Origin: Candidatus Poribacteria bacterium
Lineage (GTDB): Bacteria; Poribacteria; WGA-4E; WGA-3G
Length of the DNA: 64,000 nt
Direction of reading: 5' to 3'
NCBI GenBank assembly: GCA_963665235.2
Contig: CAXXLX010000002.1
Coordinates: forward strand, 224,001-288,000
The translations under genes were made by a program, and so were the position numbers. This document shows, piece after piece, positions 30,219 to 40,595 of the stretch; position 1 is the stretch's first letter; each line of letters starts with the position of its first letter. The notes under the pieces were generated by a model. That model made no database searches. It was not told the DNA's origin and was given only the letters and a program-made list of their open reading frames with translations.

Positions 30219-33200
30219 GTATCATGGCCGGGGGCGAAAGAGGGGGGGAGAAATTTGTTTCAATTCCCTTCAAACGGGAAAGCACATGTGCACGCACTAC
30301 TCCTGGCACTGGTGGTTGCTGCTTCCTGTGTTTCAATTCCCTTCAAACGGGAAAGCACATGTGCACGAAAATGATTACTACTATTTTTTTCACGCTGTTA
30401 AGTTTCAATTCCCTTCAAACGGGAAAGCACATGTGCACGAAGTCATCATCCAGAACGATGTAATCGTCAGTGGTGAGTTTCAATTCCCTTCAAACGGGAA
30501 AGCACATGTGCACCTCAACTTGATTACAATGGTCGCACTGCTGGCAACGTTTCAATTCCCTTCAAACGGGAAAGCACATGTGCACCCTTCGTGAATCCGG
30601 ACTGAAGTTGATCAAGATGCTGGTTTCAATTCCCTTCAAACGGGAAAGCACATGTGCACGAATTACAGATACGGAAATTGCCAAGCGGATTTACAAGTTT
30701 CAATTCCCTTCAAACGGGAAAGCACATGTGCACGAAAGGATAAAGTAATGTTGAATTTAAAAGGAATAACAGTTTCAATTCCCTTCAAACGGGAAAGCAC
30801 ATGTGCACTTGAGATGGCAGAAAAAGGCCTAAAGGATGACATGAGTTTCAATTCCCTTCAAACGGGAAAGCACATGTGCACAAAGCTCAAAAGCAGCTTG
30901 AAAAAGAGCTTGAGGCCCTGGTTTCAATTCCCTTCAAACGGGAAAGCACATGTGCACGCTTGAAAAAGAGCTTGAGGCCCTGATGGCTGAAGAAGGTTTC
31001 AATTCCCTTCAAACGGGAAAGCACATGTGCACGAAGCAACCGTTCTGATCTCAAGAACCAGTACAAAGGTTTCAATTCCCTTCAAACGGGAAAGCACATG
31101 TGCACCGGGATGTGGATACATTTTACGATGTGTTATTAAATAGTGTTTCAATTCCCTTCAAACGGGAAAGCACATGTGCACTCGAGAAAAACGTCGTAAA
31201 GCTGCTTTAGAGGCCGAGTTTCAATTCCCTTCAAACGGGAAAGCACATGTGCACATTTCATAAACCAGGCATGGACCTTCACAGGCACAGCAGTTTCAAT
31301 TCCCTTCAAACGGGAAAGCACATGTGCACTGTTGAAAAAAGCTTTCACAATCGCAACATTAACTGGTTTCAATTCCCTTCAAACGGGAAAGCACATGTGC
31401 ACGAAAAATTGGGTTGTTTGTGTATTTTTGTTTTTTGGGCACGTTTCAATTCCCTTCAAACGGGAAAGCACATGTGCACAAATAGATAAAACAAGGAGGC
31501 GAATTCTGCTTGTTATAGTTTCAATTCCCTTCAAACGGGAAAGCACATGTGCACGAAATTTAAAAATTTGGCTACTTTGGTATTGATTTGTTTCAATTCC
31601 CTTCAAACGGGAAAGCACATGTGCACCGCTTTTGTTTTCGTTTTTGTTTTCGCTTTCGTCAGTTTCAATTCCCTTCAAACGGGAAAGCACATGTGCACTT
31701 GTTTAAGTAGTTTAGAGGTTGGCAAGTCTCAACGGTTTCAATTCCCTTCAAACGGGAAAGCACATGTGCACAACGATGGTTCCCTTGCAAGGAATTATAA
31801 CCGCGAGTTTCAATTCCCTTCAAACGGGAAAGCACATGTGCACAAATCGCGGCACGATGGAGAACAGGTACAAAGATTTAAGTTTCAATTCCCTTCAAAC
31901 GGGAAAGCACATGTGCACAGCTGCTAGATGCCACTGAGGAATTGGCGGAGGCGGGTTTCAATTCCCTTCAAACGGGAAAGCACATGTGCACACTTTCCAA
32001 AATGCTCAGCAGCGAGGAAGTAACGACAAGTTTCAATTCCCTTCAAACGGGAAAGCACATGTGCACTGCTGCAAAATAAGGAGTCAATAAAATGACACGT
32101 AAAGTTTCAATTCCCTTCAAACGGGAAAGCACATGTGCACGAAACGATCTCACGCCCGAGGAATCACTAAAGGCTTTAGAGTTTCAATTCCCTTCAAACG
32201 GGAAAGCACATGTGCACGGTCGGTTCCGCGGCTGCGTTTTTCCTTTACAGGAAGTGTTTCAATTCCCTTCAAACGGGAAAGCACATGTGCACGAGAAGGC
32301 AACGGTTGCCGGACTAAAATCATATCTCCGAGAAGTTTCAATTCCCTTCAAACGGGAAAGCACATGTGCACCTATTGGCTTTCGCTTTCATGGCTTTCGC
32401 AGCTCCCAGTTTCAATTCCCTTCAAACGGGAAAGCACATGTGCACGAAAATTCTTATAGACTGCTCGTCCTATGATTATGATGTTTCAATTCCCTTCAAA
32501 CGGGAAAGCACATGTGCACAAGGGTATTGGATCTCCGCAACGTTGCTAATGAGAGTTTCAATTCCCTTCAAACGGGAAAGCACATGTGCACGCACGAAGC
32601 ACGGAATAATTTCCTCTACGACATGGAGCTCTGTTTCAATTCCCTTCAAACGGGAAAGCACATGTGCACAACAGTTGGTCTATTCGTTGCCTGATTCGTG
32701 GGTTAGTTTCAATTCCCTTCAAACGGGAAAGCACATGTGCACAAACAGGCTTCTCAAAAGTTAGAACAAGAAAAGGAGCTGTTTCAATTCCCTTCAAACG
32801 GGAAAGCACATGTGCACTAGGAGGAGAAGGAGGTGGAGTATAATGGCGTTAATAGCGTTTCAATTCCCTTCAAACGGGAAAGCACATGTGCACCGACAAC
32901 ATGAAGCAGATGGTTGCTTTTTACCGTGACATGTTTCAATTCCCTTCAAACGGGAAAGCACATGTGCACGCTCCTGTATGGACCAGGAAACTGAATCGTT
33001 CTTTCTTGTTTCAATTCCCTTCAAACGGGAAAGCACATGTGCACCAATTAACTAAACTAATGGGGTCTCTGTACCCCGAGGAGTTTCAATTCCCTTCAAA
33101 CGGGAAAGCACATGTGCACGAGGACTTATGTCCAAGTCCAAAACTTATTTCGGCTTGTTTCAATTCCCTTCAAACGGGAAAGCACATGTGCACTGCATCA

Positions 33201-33493
33201 GATCCAATGGTTGGTGAACGTGCAAGTAGATGTTTCAATTCCCTTCAAACGGGAAAGCACATGTGCACCAAGACCCTCAAAAAAGGTTTGGAGGCAAAAG
33301 AAGTTTCAATTCCCTTCAAACGGGAAAGCACATGTGCACGTAACTATAAACTTCATAACGCATATGGCTTTAAGGAGGTTAAGTTTCAATTCCCTTCAAA
33401 CGGGAAAGCACATGTGCACACATTACGAGCGTATGGAGTATACCGACAGGTATATTGTTTCAATTCCCTTCAAACGGGAAAGCACATGTGCAC
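30188..33493 (-). CRISPR. CRISPR array: 44 full 37-bp repeats plus one truncated terminal repeat, 44 spacers of about 34-43 nt
   Basis: Minus-strand repeat GTGCACATGTGCTTTCCCGTTTGAAGGGAATTGAAAC with canonical ATTGAAAC 3' end and a TTCCC/GGGAA stem. Leader faces cas1. Counted by eye. Confidence 0.98.
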
Positions 33494-33790
33494 TTACCCT
33501 ATTTTCGACCCACTCCACGCTTGACTCCGGAACCCCTGATTCAAACGCGAACTGCGCGGGGCTTTTTTTTACTCAAAAATTGGAGCGAAAATCGCCTAAA
33601 CCCTTATGAATACTGACTCAAACGCGATTTTTACCGAAAAACACGAGAGAATTCAGTCACCGTATAGGTTTATGGGCTATTTCATCAAGCGATTCAGCTC
33701 AAGGTCGAATCGCGTTTGTTTTACGTTATTAAGTATACCACAGATTTGCATAAATGTCAAATTTTTTTTGCGATTTTTTTCAAAAAAACG
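33494..33790 (-). promoter_or_regulatory. CRISPR leader with sigma70 promoter
   Basis: Minus strand TTGACA (33760-33755) N17 TATACT (33737-33732); AT-rich. Confidence 0.75.
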
Positions 33791-34062
33791 AAAATTTCGT
33801 AATTTTAGCGGATAAATGCGGAGGGGGGTGGAAGAGGGGAAGGGGGAAGGATGGAAGAGGTCATAACATGCAGTCAGATGGATAGCAATCGTGCGCGTGG
33901 GTGGAAGGATGGAAGAGGGGAAAGGAGGCAAGATGGAAAGATGAAAGAAGCATCCAAAACGACATCGCAGCCGGAGATGCAAAAAAGAAGGGGGAAGGAT
34001 GGAAGAGGAGAGGTGGGGGACAGATGTCCCCCACGTAGCGGGTCTAAAGTTTCACTAAATCT

Positions 34063-35049
34063 CTAAAGGAGAAACGGTTTGTATGCTGGCTCTTCGCCTG
34101 TAATTACGCGTGCCAGATGACGTGCCTGAAGTTCAATACAACGTAGGTAGGTCGTTTTCTCATTTCGTGCGGTGTCTTGGAAGGTCTGTTGCATCCGCCC
34201 GTAATAACCGACGAGAAAACGATCGAGTGCCTCCTTGGTGAATCGGATCCCTTTGGTTGTCTCTTCAAAGTCCTCCGGTTGCACCCGGTTGTTGTTGACG
34301 AGCGATAGCACATAGCCATCTACGATAATCTGTCGGAACTCCTCCATCAGATCGGAGGCTAATGTGGCATGCCCGTGTTTGGGTTGATGAAAATAACCGC
34401 AGTATGGATCGAATCCGACGACGTTGCTGAAGGCATACACGTGGTTGTATAGGAGCGTGTAGCCGAGTGAGAGCATGGCGTTAATCGGATCGGGGGGTGG
34501 TCGAAACTGCCGTGTTGTAAACTTCCAATCGTTTGAGAGAAATTGTCGGAAGGCACGGTAATATGCGGCGGTGCCTGCGCCTTCATATCCGAGCAGGGAT
34601 TCCAAATTTTGCGCTCCCTCAAGATTTTGGAGCGGCTTCTGAATTCCGCTGATGGCGGATTCGATTTCTGCGTTTTGCGTTCGTTGCCGTTTGCAGAAAC
34701 GGATTGCGTTTTTCAGCTTGCCACGCACAAATCCTTTTGCGAGTTCAAGACACTGCTGCGGATCGGCTGCTACGGTGTATTGACGTTGCCGGATGAGGAC
34801 ATCTCTGGCGTAGCCGGGTTGAAGTCTCCCTTTGTATGTGCCCCGTGAAGAGAGGAACGATACGGGAATGCCTTTGTTGAGTAAGTATCCCATCGTTTGT
34901 GTTGTGAGGTGACCGTTGCCGAAGATGATGACTTCGTCTAGTTGCACAATCGGGATTTCCTGAAGCACTTCGCGATTTTTTTTGACGATGACCTGGTTAC
35001 CAGATTTGTGAAGAACAGCTCCCTGTTGTGTGATGTAAAGAATTGCCAT
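34063..35049 (-). CDS. cas1: Cas1
   Basis: LYITQQG, LLGYEG..A..YY, RPPPDPINAMLSLGY, HQP..GH.TLASDLMEEFR. Confidence 0.97.
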   Translation of the reverse strand: MAILYITQQGAVLHKSGNQVIVKKNREVLQEIPIVQLDEVIIFGNGHLTTQTMGYLLNKGIPVSFLSSRGTYKGRLQPGYARDVLIRQRQYTVAADPQQCLELAKGFVRGKLKNAIRFCKRQRTQNAEIESAISGIQKPLQNLEGAQNLESLLGYEGAGTAAYYRAFRQFLSNDWKFTTRQFRPPPDPINAMLSLGYTLLYNHVYAFSNVVGFDPYCGYFHQPKHGHATLASDLMEEFRQIIVDGYVLSLVNNNRVQPEDFEETTKGIRFTKEALDRFLVGYYGRMQQTFQDTARNEKTTYLRCIELQARHLARVITGEEPAYKPFLL

Positions 35050-35081
35050 TTTATGCCTCCTATGGCGCGATTTTTGATATT

Positions 35082-35508
35082 ATACCATTTTTATTAATTA
35101 TTCTATCATTACCGGTTGTTAGAAATGAAACGGAGAACGGAAGACACAAACTATAAGTTTATGCTACTACAAAGACGCACAAACTGGAAGTTTATGCTAC
35201 TACAAAGACGCACAAACTGGAAGTTTATGCTACTACAAAGACGCACAAACTGGAAGTTTATGCTACTACAAAGACGCACAAACTATAAGTTTATGCTACT
35301 ACAAAGACGCACAAACTGGAAGTTTATGCTACTACAAAGACGCACAAACTGGAAGTTTATGCTACTACAAAGACGCACAAACTATAAGTTTATGCTACTA
35401 CAAAGACGCACAAACTGGAAGTTTATGCTACTACAAAGACGCACAAACTGGAAGTTTATGCTACTACAAAGACGCACAAACTGGAAGTTTATGCTACTAC
35501 AAAGACGC
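35082..35508. repeat. MITE family B left end followed by 11 x 33-bp REP tandem
   Basis: ATACCATTTTTATTAATT..GGAAGAC head identical to 61499 and 63466. Unit ACAAACT(GG/AT)AAGTTTATGCTACTACAAAGACGC spans 35146-35508. Confidence 0.9.
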
Positions 35509-35526
35509 AAATTTAACAGGACCATC

Positions 35527-35681
35527 GTAGGGGCGAGGTCGCCTCGCCCGCTAGGTCTGCCTCTAACTCCCATTAGCATAAGGGTTTATCAAAGCACTGC
35601 GTCCATCCTGATTATAGTAGAGCCTGTAATTATTTGGCACACACGGCGGGATCCGCACGGGCTGGGTGACCCAGCCCCTAC
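35527..35681. repeat. Inverted pair of GTAG REP hairpins (REPIN-like)
   Basis: GTAGGGGCGAGGTCGCCTCGCCC ... GGGCTGGGTGACCCAGCCCCTAC. Confidence 0.7.
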
Positions 35682-35714
35682 GAGTGTGTCGTGTGGGATC
35701 CCGGCCGAGTGCCA

Positions 35715-37151
35715 TTAAGCCTTTGTTTTCTGTGTGTCCCGTTTTTTGAAACGGCCGCCAAGCTGCGTAGCAATATTTTTCCCACGCTGGGCGGCATGTT
35801 GCACGGGCCGCGCGACTTGTGCTGCACCCCGTTTTAAGGCGTGTTGTACCTGGTTCTGCAAGATTTTCGCTTGCGAGTCGGGGACAGGTTGGTAACAACC
35901 ATCCTTGTCGAAGACGTGTCCGAGGAATTCTACGCTGTCATCGAAACGTGCGATTTGCGTCTTTTTAGGGTTCAATCCTAACTTGAGTGTCGCCAGCCGT
36001 TTTTGTGTTTGCTGTAGTGCATGTCGTGCGCGGCGTTCATTTCTGGTTAGGATGAGCAGGTCGTCTGCGTATCGCACAAGCCGTATACCTGCCCGCGTCA
36101 TCGCCTTGTCGAAGGGGTGCAGGTAGATGTTGGCTAACAAGGGTGAAAGCGGTGAACCCTGTATAATGCCGATTTTGCGTGGGCGACTCAGACGCTCCTT
36201 GACGATACCGCCCACAGTAGGTGCGGCAAGTGTTGCTACGACAAGCGGTGCAGCGAAGAGTAGGTGTTTTGCCGTGAGCCCCATCCATATCCGTTTTGAA
36301 TTTGCAAGGAGTAGTAATACCCCGTCTCGTCCTAAGTTTATTAATGCCTCCTTATTTGCATGAGACCAGAGTCCGTTATCTTTTACACGTTCCAGTTCGT
36401 CAATTTCCCAGGAATCTTCGGGCGGTATGGGTTGCATATCGCCGTATTCATCGGCATAATAGACGTTTTCAGGTGGTGTGCTAAGTCCTGAGCCGCGTTG
36501 CAGGATTTGGCTCATGACCCGTTCGACCCCCGCGCCTAAGCAGTGGGCGGTGTTTTCAATATGGGTGCTCCATGTCGGAAGCTTGGGCGGTTGTAAGATG
36601 CCTCCCATATCCAGCCACATCTGAATGAGGCGTAAGATTGCTGGCTCTTTCAGTGATGCCCGCAGAAAACGCATGAGAATTTGTGTGTCCATTCTGTCAA
36701 AGAAGTTCTCAATGTCCGCGTGAACGACCCATTCGTATCCCTCCGCTCGGATGGCGTTTACCTGGGCAACTGCATGGGGTACGCCGCGATTGGGACGGTA
36801 TGCGAAGCTGCACTCCAGGAATTTTGCCTCGTAAATCGGGGTGATGAGGTCGCAAACGGCACGTTGAACAATCCGATCTTTTAATGTCAGCACAGCGAGT
36901 TCGCGTGGGGTGCCGTTTGACTTCTTAATGATGAACTTCCGAAGTGGAAGCGGGTAATACCGTTCTTCAGCCAGCTCACGCGAGAGTTGACGGAGATGTT
37001 TCGCAAGGTTCGCCTCAAACTGTTGAATGGTAACGCCATCGCTACCGGGCCCTCCTTTGTTGCTTCGCACTTTTCGCCACGCGGCATGTAGGGTTTCGGG
37101 TTGACAGAGTTGTGTTGTGAGTGAATTATTTGGTGATGTGTAATCAAACAT
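35715..37151 (-). CDS. CRISPR-associated group II intron-like reverse transcriptase (stand-alone, with internal insertion)
   Basis: AWRKVRSNKGGPGSDG, RELAV..DRIVQ, SFAYRP, ADIENFFD, QGSPLSPLLANIYL, RYADD, FLG; lies between cas2 and cas1. Confidence 0.93.
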   Translation of the reverse strand: MFDYTSPNNSLTTQLCQPETLHAAWRKVRSNKGGPGSDGVTIQQFEANLAKHLRQLSRELAEERYYPLPLRKFIIKKSNGTPRELAVLTLKDRIVQRAVCDLITPIYEAKFLECSFAYRPNRGVPHAVAQVNAIRAEGYEWVVHADIENFFDRMDTQILMRFLRASLKEPAILRLIQMWLDMGGILQPPKLPTWSTHIENTAHCLGAGVERVMSQILQRGSGLSTPPENVYYADEYGDMQPIPPEDSWEIDELERVKDNGLWSHANKEALINLGRDGVLLLLANSKRIWMGLTAKHLLFAAPLVVATLAAPTVGGIVKERLSRPRKIGIIQGSPLSPLLANIYLHPFDKAMTRAGIRLVRYADDLLILTRNERRARHALQQTQKRLATLKLGLNPKKTQIARFDDSVEFLGHVFDKDGCYQPVPDSQAKILQNQVQHALKRGAAQVARPVQHAAQRGKNIATQLGGRFKKRDTQKTKA

Positions 37152-37264
37152 TTAGAATTCTCCTTTTAGGTGGGTTAAACGATTTGTAGCACAAACCTTT
37201 AGTTTGCGTCTTTTGATGCACAAACTAAATGAAGTTTAAATAACGTGATTTTGAAAAGAAGTTT

Positions 37265-37680
37265 CTTTAGTCCCGTAGGGACGATATCTTTATAGAAGCA
37301 GACGTTCCCCCCCCCCATTCTTAGTCCCATAGGGACGATATCTTTATAGAAGCAGACGTTTCCGCCCCAACTCTTAGTCCCAGTATTCGGGCAAGCAGCC
37401 CGCTCTTTAAGGACGATATCTTTATAGGGGTTAGTGCAAACCGACATTTATTATCAAGCTCACGTTATAATTACTTGGACACTTTTACAATATTGGAAAC
37501 TATCAGCAGCAAAGTCGTGCTCGGAAGATTGTTCTTACGGAAGAAAATCGTGTTGAAACCGATTGTATAGAGTCTGCAAGCAGTGAAAAGGATAGTAAAA
37601 TTTTTCAGATTTTACCGATCAACCGATTGTATAGAGTCTGCAAGCAATGAAAAGGATAGTAAAATTTTTCAGATTTTTTT
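37265..37680. repeat. Short repeat cluster upstream of the RT
   Basis: CTTAGTCCC(G/A)TAGGGACGATATCTTTATAG-like unit x3 (related copies at ~61215-61300) and a ~60-bp direct duplication at 37557/37621. Confidence 0.75.
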
Positions 37681-37830
37681 TGAGGAGGGGGGATATATAG
37701 TAGACTTTAGAATTAATCGGACATTATGTTCGGACACAAGCATTCGGTGTTGATCGGATGCCTATGCTGTAGCACAAACTGGAAGTATGTGGCCGCATCC
37801 GCACAAACTGGAAGTATGTGCTACAATCTG

Positions 37831-39288
37831 CTACGGTGTGCTGAGCCCTGCATCAATTATCTGCAGCAATAACCGCTTACGGGTATGTTGTTCTCGGAGG
37901 TCTGCGAAATAAACACGCCACTGCTCTTCTTGACCAAGGTGCTGATAGAGTGCCCTTAATTCTATTAAATATGCCGAAACTTTCTCGTAAGCTTCACGTT
38001 TTCGGAAAAGCGCGGTCTGTTCAATAAGACTTTGATAGAGCAAAATGGCGGTATCGGGATAGTGTTGACCAAGAAGTGTGAGCAGCCGTTCGGTGAAATC
38101 TGGGATACGTTTGACAATTGGGCCCTGCAAAAGGGACGCGTATTCGGCAACGGATAGGGGGAATTCTTCAACTGCTTTCCATGCTGCATCGTCGCGCTGC
38201 TGTGTGAACAGCGCGTGTATCAACCGATACCCCTCCTTTTCACGTAGGGCAAGCTGGAGGTAATCTTCAGTTCGCTCATCGCGAAAATATAGGGCAAGTA
38301 AAAGTTGAACGTGTGCCTGTCGCTCGGGGCTTTCATCGAGACGTTGTTCAATTGTTGTGTGTAAATCTGATGGATTTTGCATTGCACAGAGCTGTTCAAG
38401 GTGGTGTGTGAGGATAGGTGTGAATACCGGTGCTGCTTCAAAACTGAGTGACAGCAGCAGGCGGCAGTGTTCAGACAAGGTCTCAGGTGTAGCCCCGGTG
38501 TTTTTGAAACCTACTGACATCGGCTCTTGCGTGTTGAGGACAATGCGCGTGAACTGCTTTGTGCATTTTTTAACAAATCGGGGCAATTCATTCCGCTGGA
38601 GCGTGTCAGGATAATGCACAATTGATTGGTGTATGAGAGCATGGAGGAGGGCGAGCGCGAATTCCGTTTCGCCTACCTGTGCAAGTGATTCGGCATGCAT
38701 GAGGAGCTCTTCAAGTTGAGCTAACACCTGTTGAAGTTGATGTTGTTCCAGAAAGCTGTCTCCAAAAATGGTGTTGAGCTGTTCTCGGTAAGCCGTAACG
38801 AGTGGAATCGGGTCAGTTTGAGGGGGTGTATCCGGAATATCTGTCCATCCCTGCACTACACGTGCCAATGCTGGCCTTCGCTTGAGCATCTCCATAATGA
38901 TGTGCAAAAGCTGTTCCTTCGGTTTTTTCGCAAGCGTAGCAAGCAGGGTGTCGACAGAACAGAGCACCTCCGGCGCGTGAATGTAGGTCAACAGCAGTGC
39001 GACGATATGCTTACAATCTCCTTCACCGCCGTAAGGACATGAACAGGACGCGGCGGCAATCCCTGTGGGTATCAATTCCACAGACACCTTATACGGTTTC
39101 GGATATGTCCCGCGGCATGTTGCTGACAACGTATAGCCGTGGAGTACCGGGTTGCCAATTGCGCCATCGTGGAAGTATTCCAGGCCGCGTGTGAAACTCC
39201 GTTCTGTGCAGCGGTGTTTTATCTGAGCGTAGGTAAGGTGAGGACTTTGCATATCAAACCACGATTGTCTTGGGCTCTGATGTGACAT
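37831..39288 (-). CDS. SWIM zinc-finger domain protein with helical C-terminus
   Basis: SFTRGLEYF, CSCPYGGEGDCKHIVALLL (CxC..CxH); overlaps the cas2 3' end. Confidence 0.85.
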   Translation of the reverse strand: MSHQSPRQSWFDMQSPHLTYAQIKHRCTERSFTRGLEYFHDGAIGNPVLHGYTLSATCRGTYPKPYKVSVELIPTGIAAASCSCPYGGEGDCKHIVALLLTYIHAPEVLCSVDTLLATLAKKPKEQLLHIIMEMLKRRPALARVVQGWTDIPDTPPQTDPIPLVTAYREQLNTIFGDSFLEQHQLQQVLAQLEELLMHAESLAQVGETEFALALLHALIHQSIVHYPDTLQRNELPRFVKKCTKQFTRIVLNTQEPMSVGFKNTGATPETLSEHCRLLLSLSFEAAPVFTPILTHHLEQLCAMQNPSDLHTTIEQRLDESPERQAHVQLLLALYFRDERTEDYLQLALREKEGYRLIHALFTQQRDDAAWKAVEEFPLSVAEYASLLQGPIVKRIPDFTERLLTLLGQHYPDTAILLYQSLIEQTALFRKREAYEKVSAYLIELRALYQHLGQEEQWRVYFADLREQHTRKRLLLQIIDAGLSTP

Positions 39289-39529
39289 CCCCCACAGCAG
39301 GCACTTCGACCCGTCCTACACAAGCATTACAGAGTGCATAGTAGCGAACTGAATCCTTATCAGGGTCTATGATGTTCACAACGGCGCGTTTCATTTGATC
39401 AAATTGGGAATGGGTGAGATGCGCTTCAAAGACGCTGTACTGGACGCGGGTGCCGAACCCTTTGAGTGTTTTGGCGAGTTGGGTGCGCCGCTGGTCGTCC
39501 GGAATGTCGTAAGAGATTACATAGAACAC
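39254..39529 (-). CDS. cas2: Cas2
   Basis: YVISYDIPDD.RR, GTRVQYSVFE, DSVRYY. GTG start after a GGAGG RBS. Confidence 0.95.
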   Translation of the reverse strand: MFYVISYDIPDDQRRTQLAKTLKGFGTRVQYSVFEAHLTHSQFDQMKRAVVNIIDPDKDSVRYYALCNACVGRVEVPAVGDVTSEPKTIVV

Positions 39530-39610
39530 CGAATTTATCCTCCGTAGTAGCACAAACTTCCTAGTTTATGGCATGTAGCACAAGCTTCCTAGTTTGTGAC
39601 ATAAGGAGAC

Positions 39611-40579
39611 CTAAGGAAACACCCCGACGATGTGGTACTGTCCATATCCGAATGCTGTATGATGCCCGATATGTAGATATTTGCCGAGAACGATTAGCGG
39701 AAGGAAGGGTTTTATGTCCCCCTCAAAACGAATCTTGCCTCTGAATCCACTCATCGGAACTGATGTCTCCTGCCGATAAGAATATCTATCTCGCGGTAAC
39801 CACTGCAAACCGGAGGTATGCCTGACACCGCTGGCTTCCTTGATTAGGGCGGGTGCGTCTACGTCCAAATCCTCGCCGCAGTGACATAAACTCAAGAAAC
39901 GGATACGCCGGAGCAGGTTGCGGATGAGATGTTCAAACGTCAGATTGCTTGTCCAGCGTCCGTTGACCTTTATGCTGGTGGGGGTGAGAAAATCAAGTTC
40001 AAGTTCATCTGTAATGTGAGGTGCAACTCGTCCCACGTCATCAAGTCCGAGCAGGAGTCCATCGTCTGTCAGCATCTGATCCGTTGCGGTGTAGATTGTG
40101 TGACCCGGCTCTTCATCGGACGCGGGTAGGCTTTCGACTGTTTCCAGTAAACACCGCCCGCGCTGGTCTTTAAGTCCGATTCGTTGGATGCCCATCCTGT
40201 GGAAGGTAAATACCATCCATGGGAGTACCGCTATCGCCTCTCCGATGAGGATCAGATTACACTTGAAGGTGTCGCCTGGAGCGTATCGGACTTTGCCGGT
40301 ACGGGGTGGTTCAAGTACGAACGGATGTGGTGCGTACGTCTGTCCTCGGAGGACAGGACTGTCCTGCGGCACTGGCGTTTCAAAGCATCTGGAGTAGACG
40401 CATTGGTCCGGAAAGTGACACTGGTTTTCGCACTGCTGTTCGGTGCCGATGCAGACGGTGTGCCGGAGGACGTATCCAAATCTGCCTCTGAAGATGTTGC
40501 CTTTGTAGGCTGGCATCTTCAGGGGCTCTTGGACGGTGTATGTGAAGCGGTAACGCGCGAAGCGGAAGTTTTTGAGCAT
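39611..40579 (-). CDS. cas6: Cas6 crRNA processing endoribonuclease
   Basis: FRGRFG, PHPFVLEP, FLTPT, G-rich loop HIGHHTAFGYG. Start inferred at MLKNF (the ORF track starts at 40678). Confidence 0.88.
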   Translation of the reverse strand: MLKNFRFARYRFTYTVQEPLKMPAYKGNIFRGRFGYVLRHTVCIGTEQQCENQCHFPDQCVYSRCFETPVPQDSPVLRGQTYAPHPFVLEPPRTGKVRYAPGDTFKCNLILIGEAIAVLPWMVFTFHRMGIQRIGLKDQRGRCLLETVESLPASDEEPGHTIYTATDQMLTDDGLLLGLDDVGRVAPHITDELELDFLTPTSIKVNGRWTSNLTFEHLIRNLLRRIRFLSLCHCGEDLDVDAPALIKEASGVRHTSGLQWLPRDRYSYRQETSVPMSGFRGKIRFEGDIKPFLPLIVLGKYLHIGHHTAFGYGQYHIVGVFP

Positions 40580-40595
40580 GGGGGTTGTTGGTTCA

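Noticed and set aside
30219-33456. Self-targeting spacers
   Set aside because: I saw no match to this window by eye. A full-genome search is needed to exclude it.
28759-33609. Many short ORFs across the array and tail
   Set aside because: They are translations of CRISPR and heptamer repeats (FQFPSNGKAHVH, VSIPFKRESTCA).
35116-35718. 200-aa TNWKFMLLQRR repeat protein or mini CRISPR array
   Set aside because: It is a 33-bp REP tandem without spacers, antisense to the operon, and the same unit occurs in non-coding MITEs.
28234-37151. Diversity-generating retroelement (RT plus Avd-like gene)
   Set aside because: The RT has group II-like QGSPLSP/YADD motifs rather than DGR-type GNxxSQ, and I saw no template/variable repeat pair differing at adenines.
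35510-37830. Group II intron or retron around the RT
   Set aside because: No maturase/thumb extension or recognisable domain V, and no retron NAxxH/VTG motifs. The cas1/cas2 context explains the RT better.
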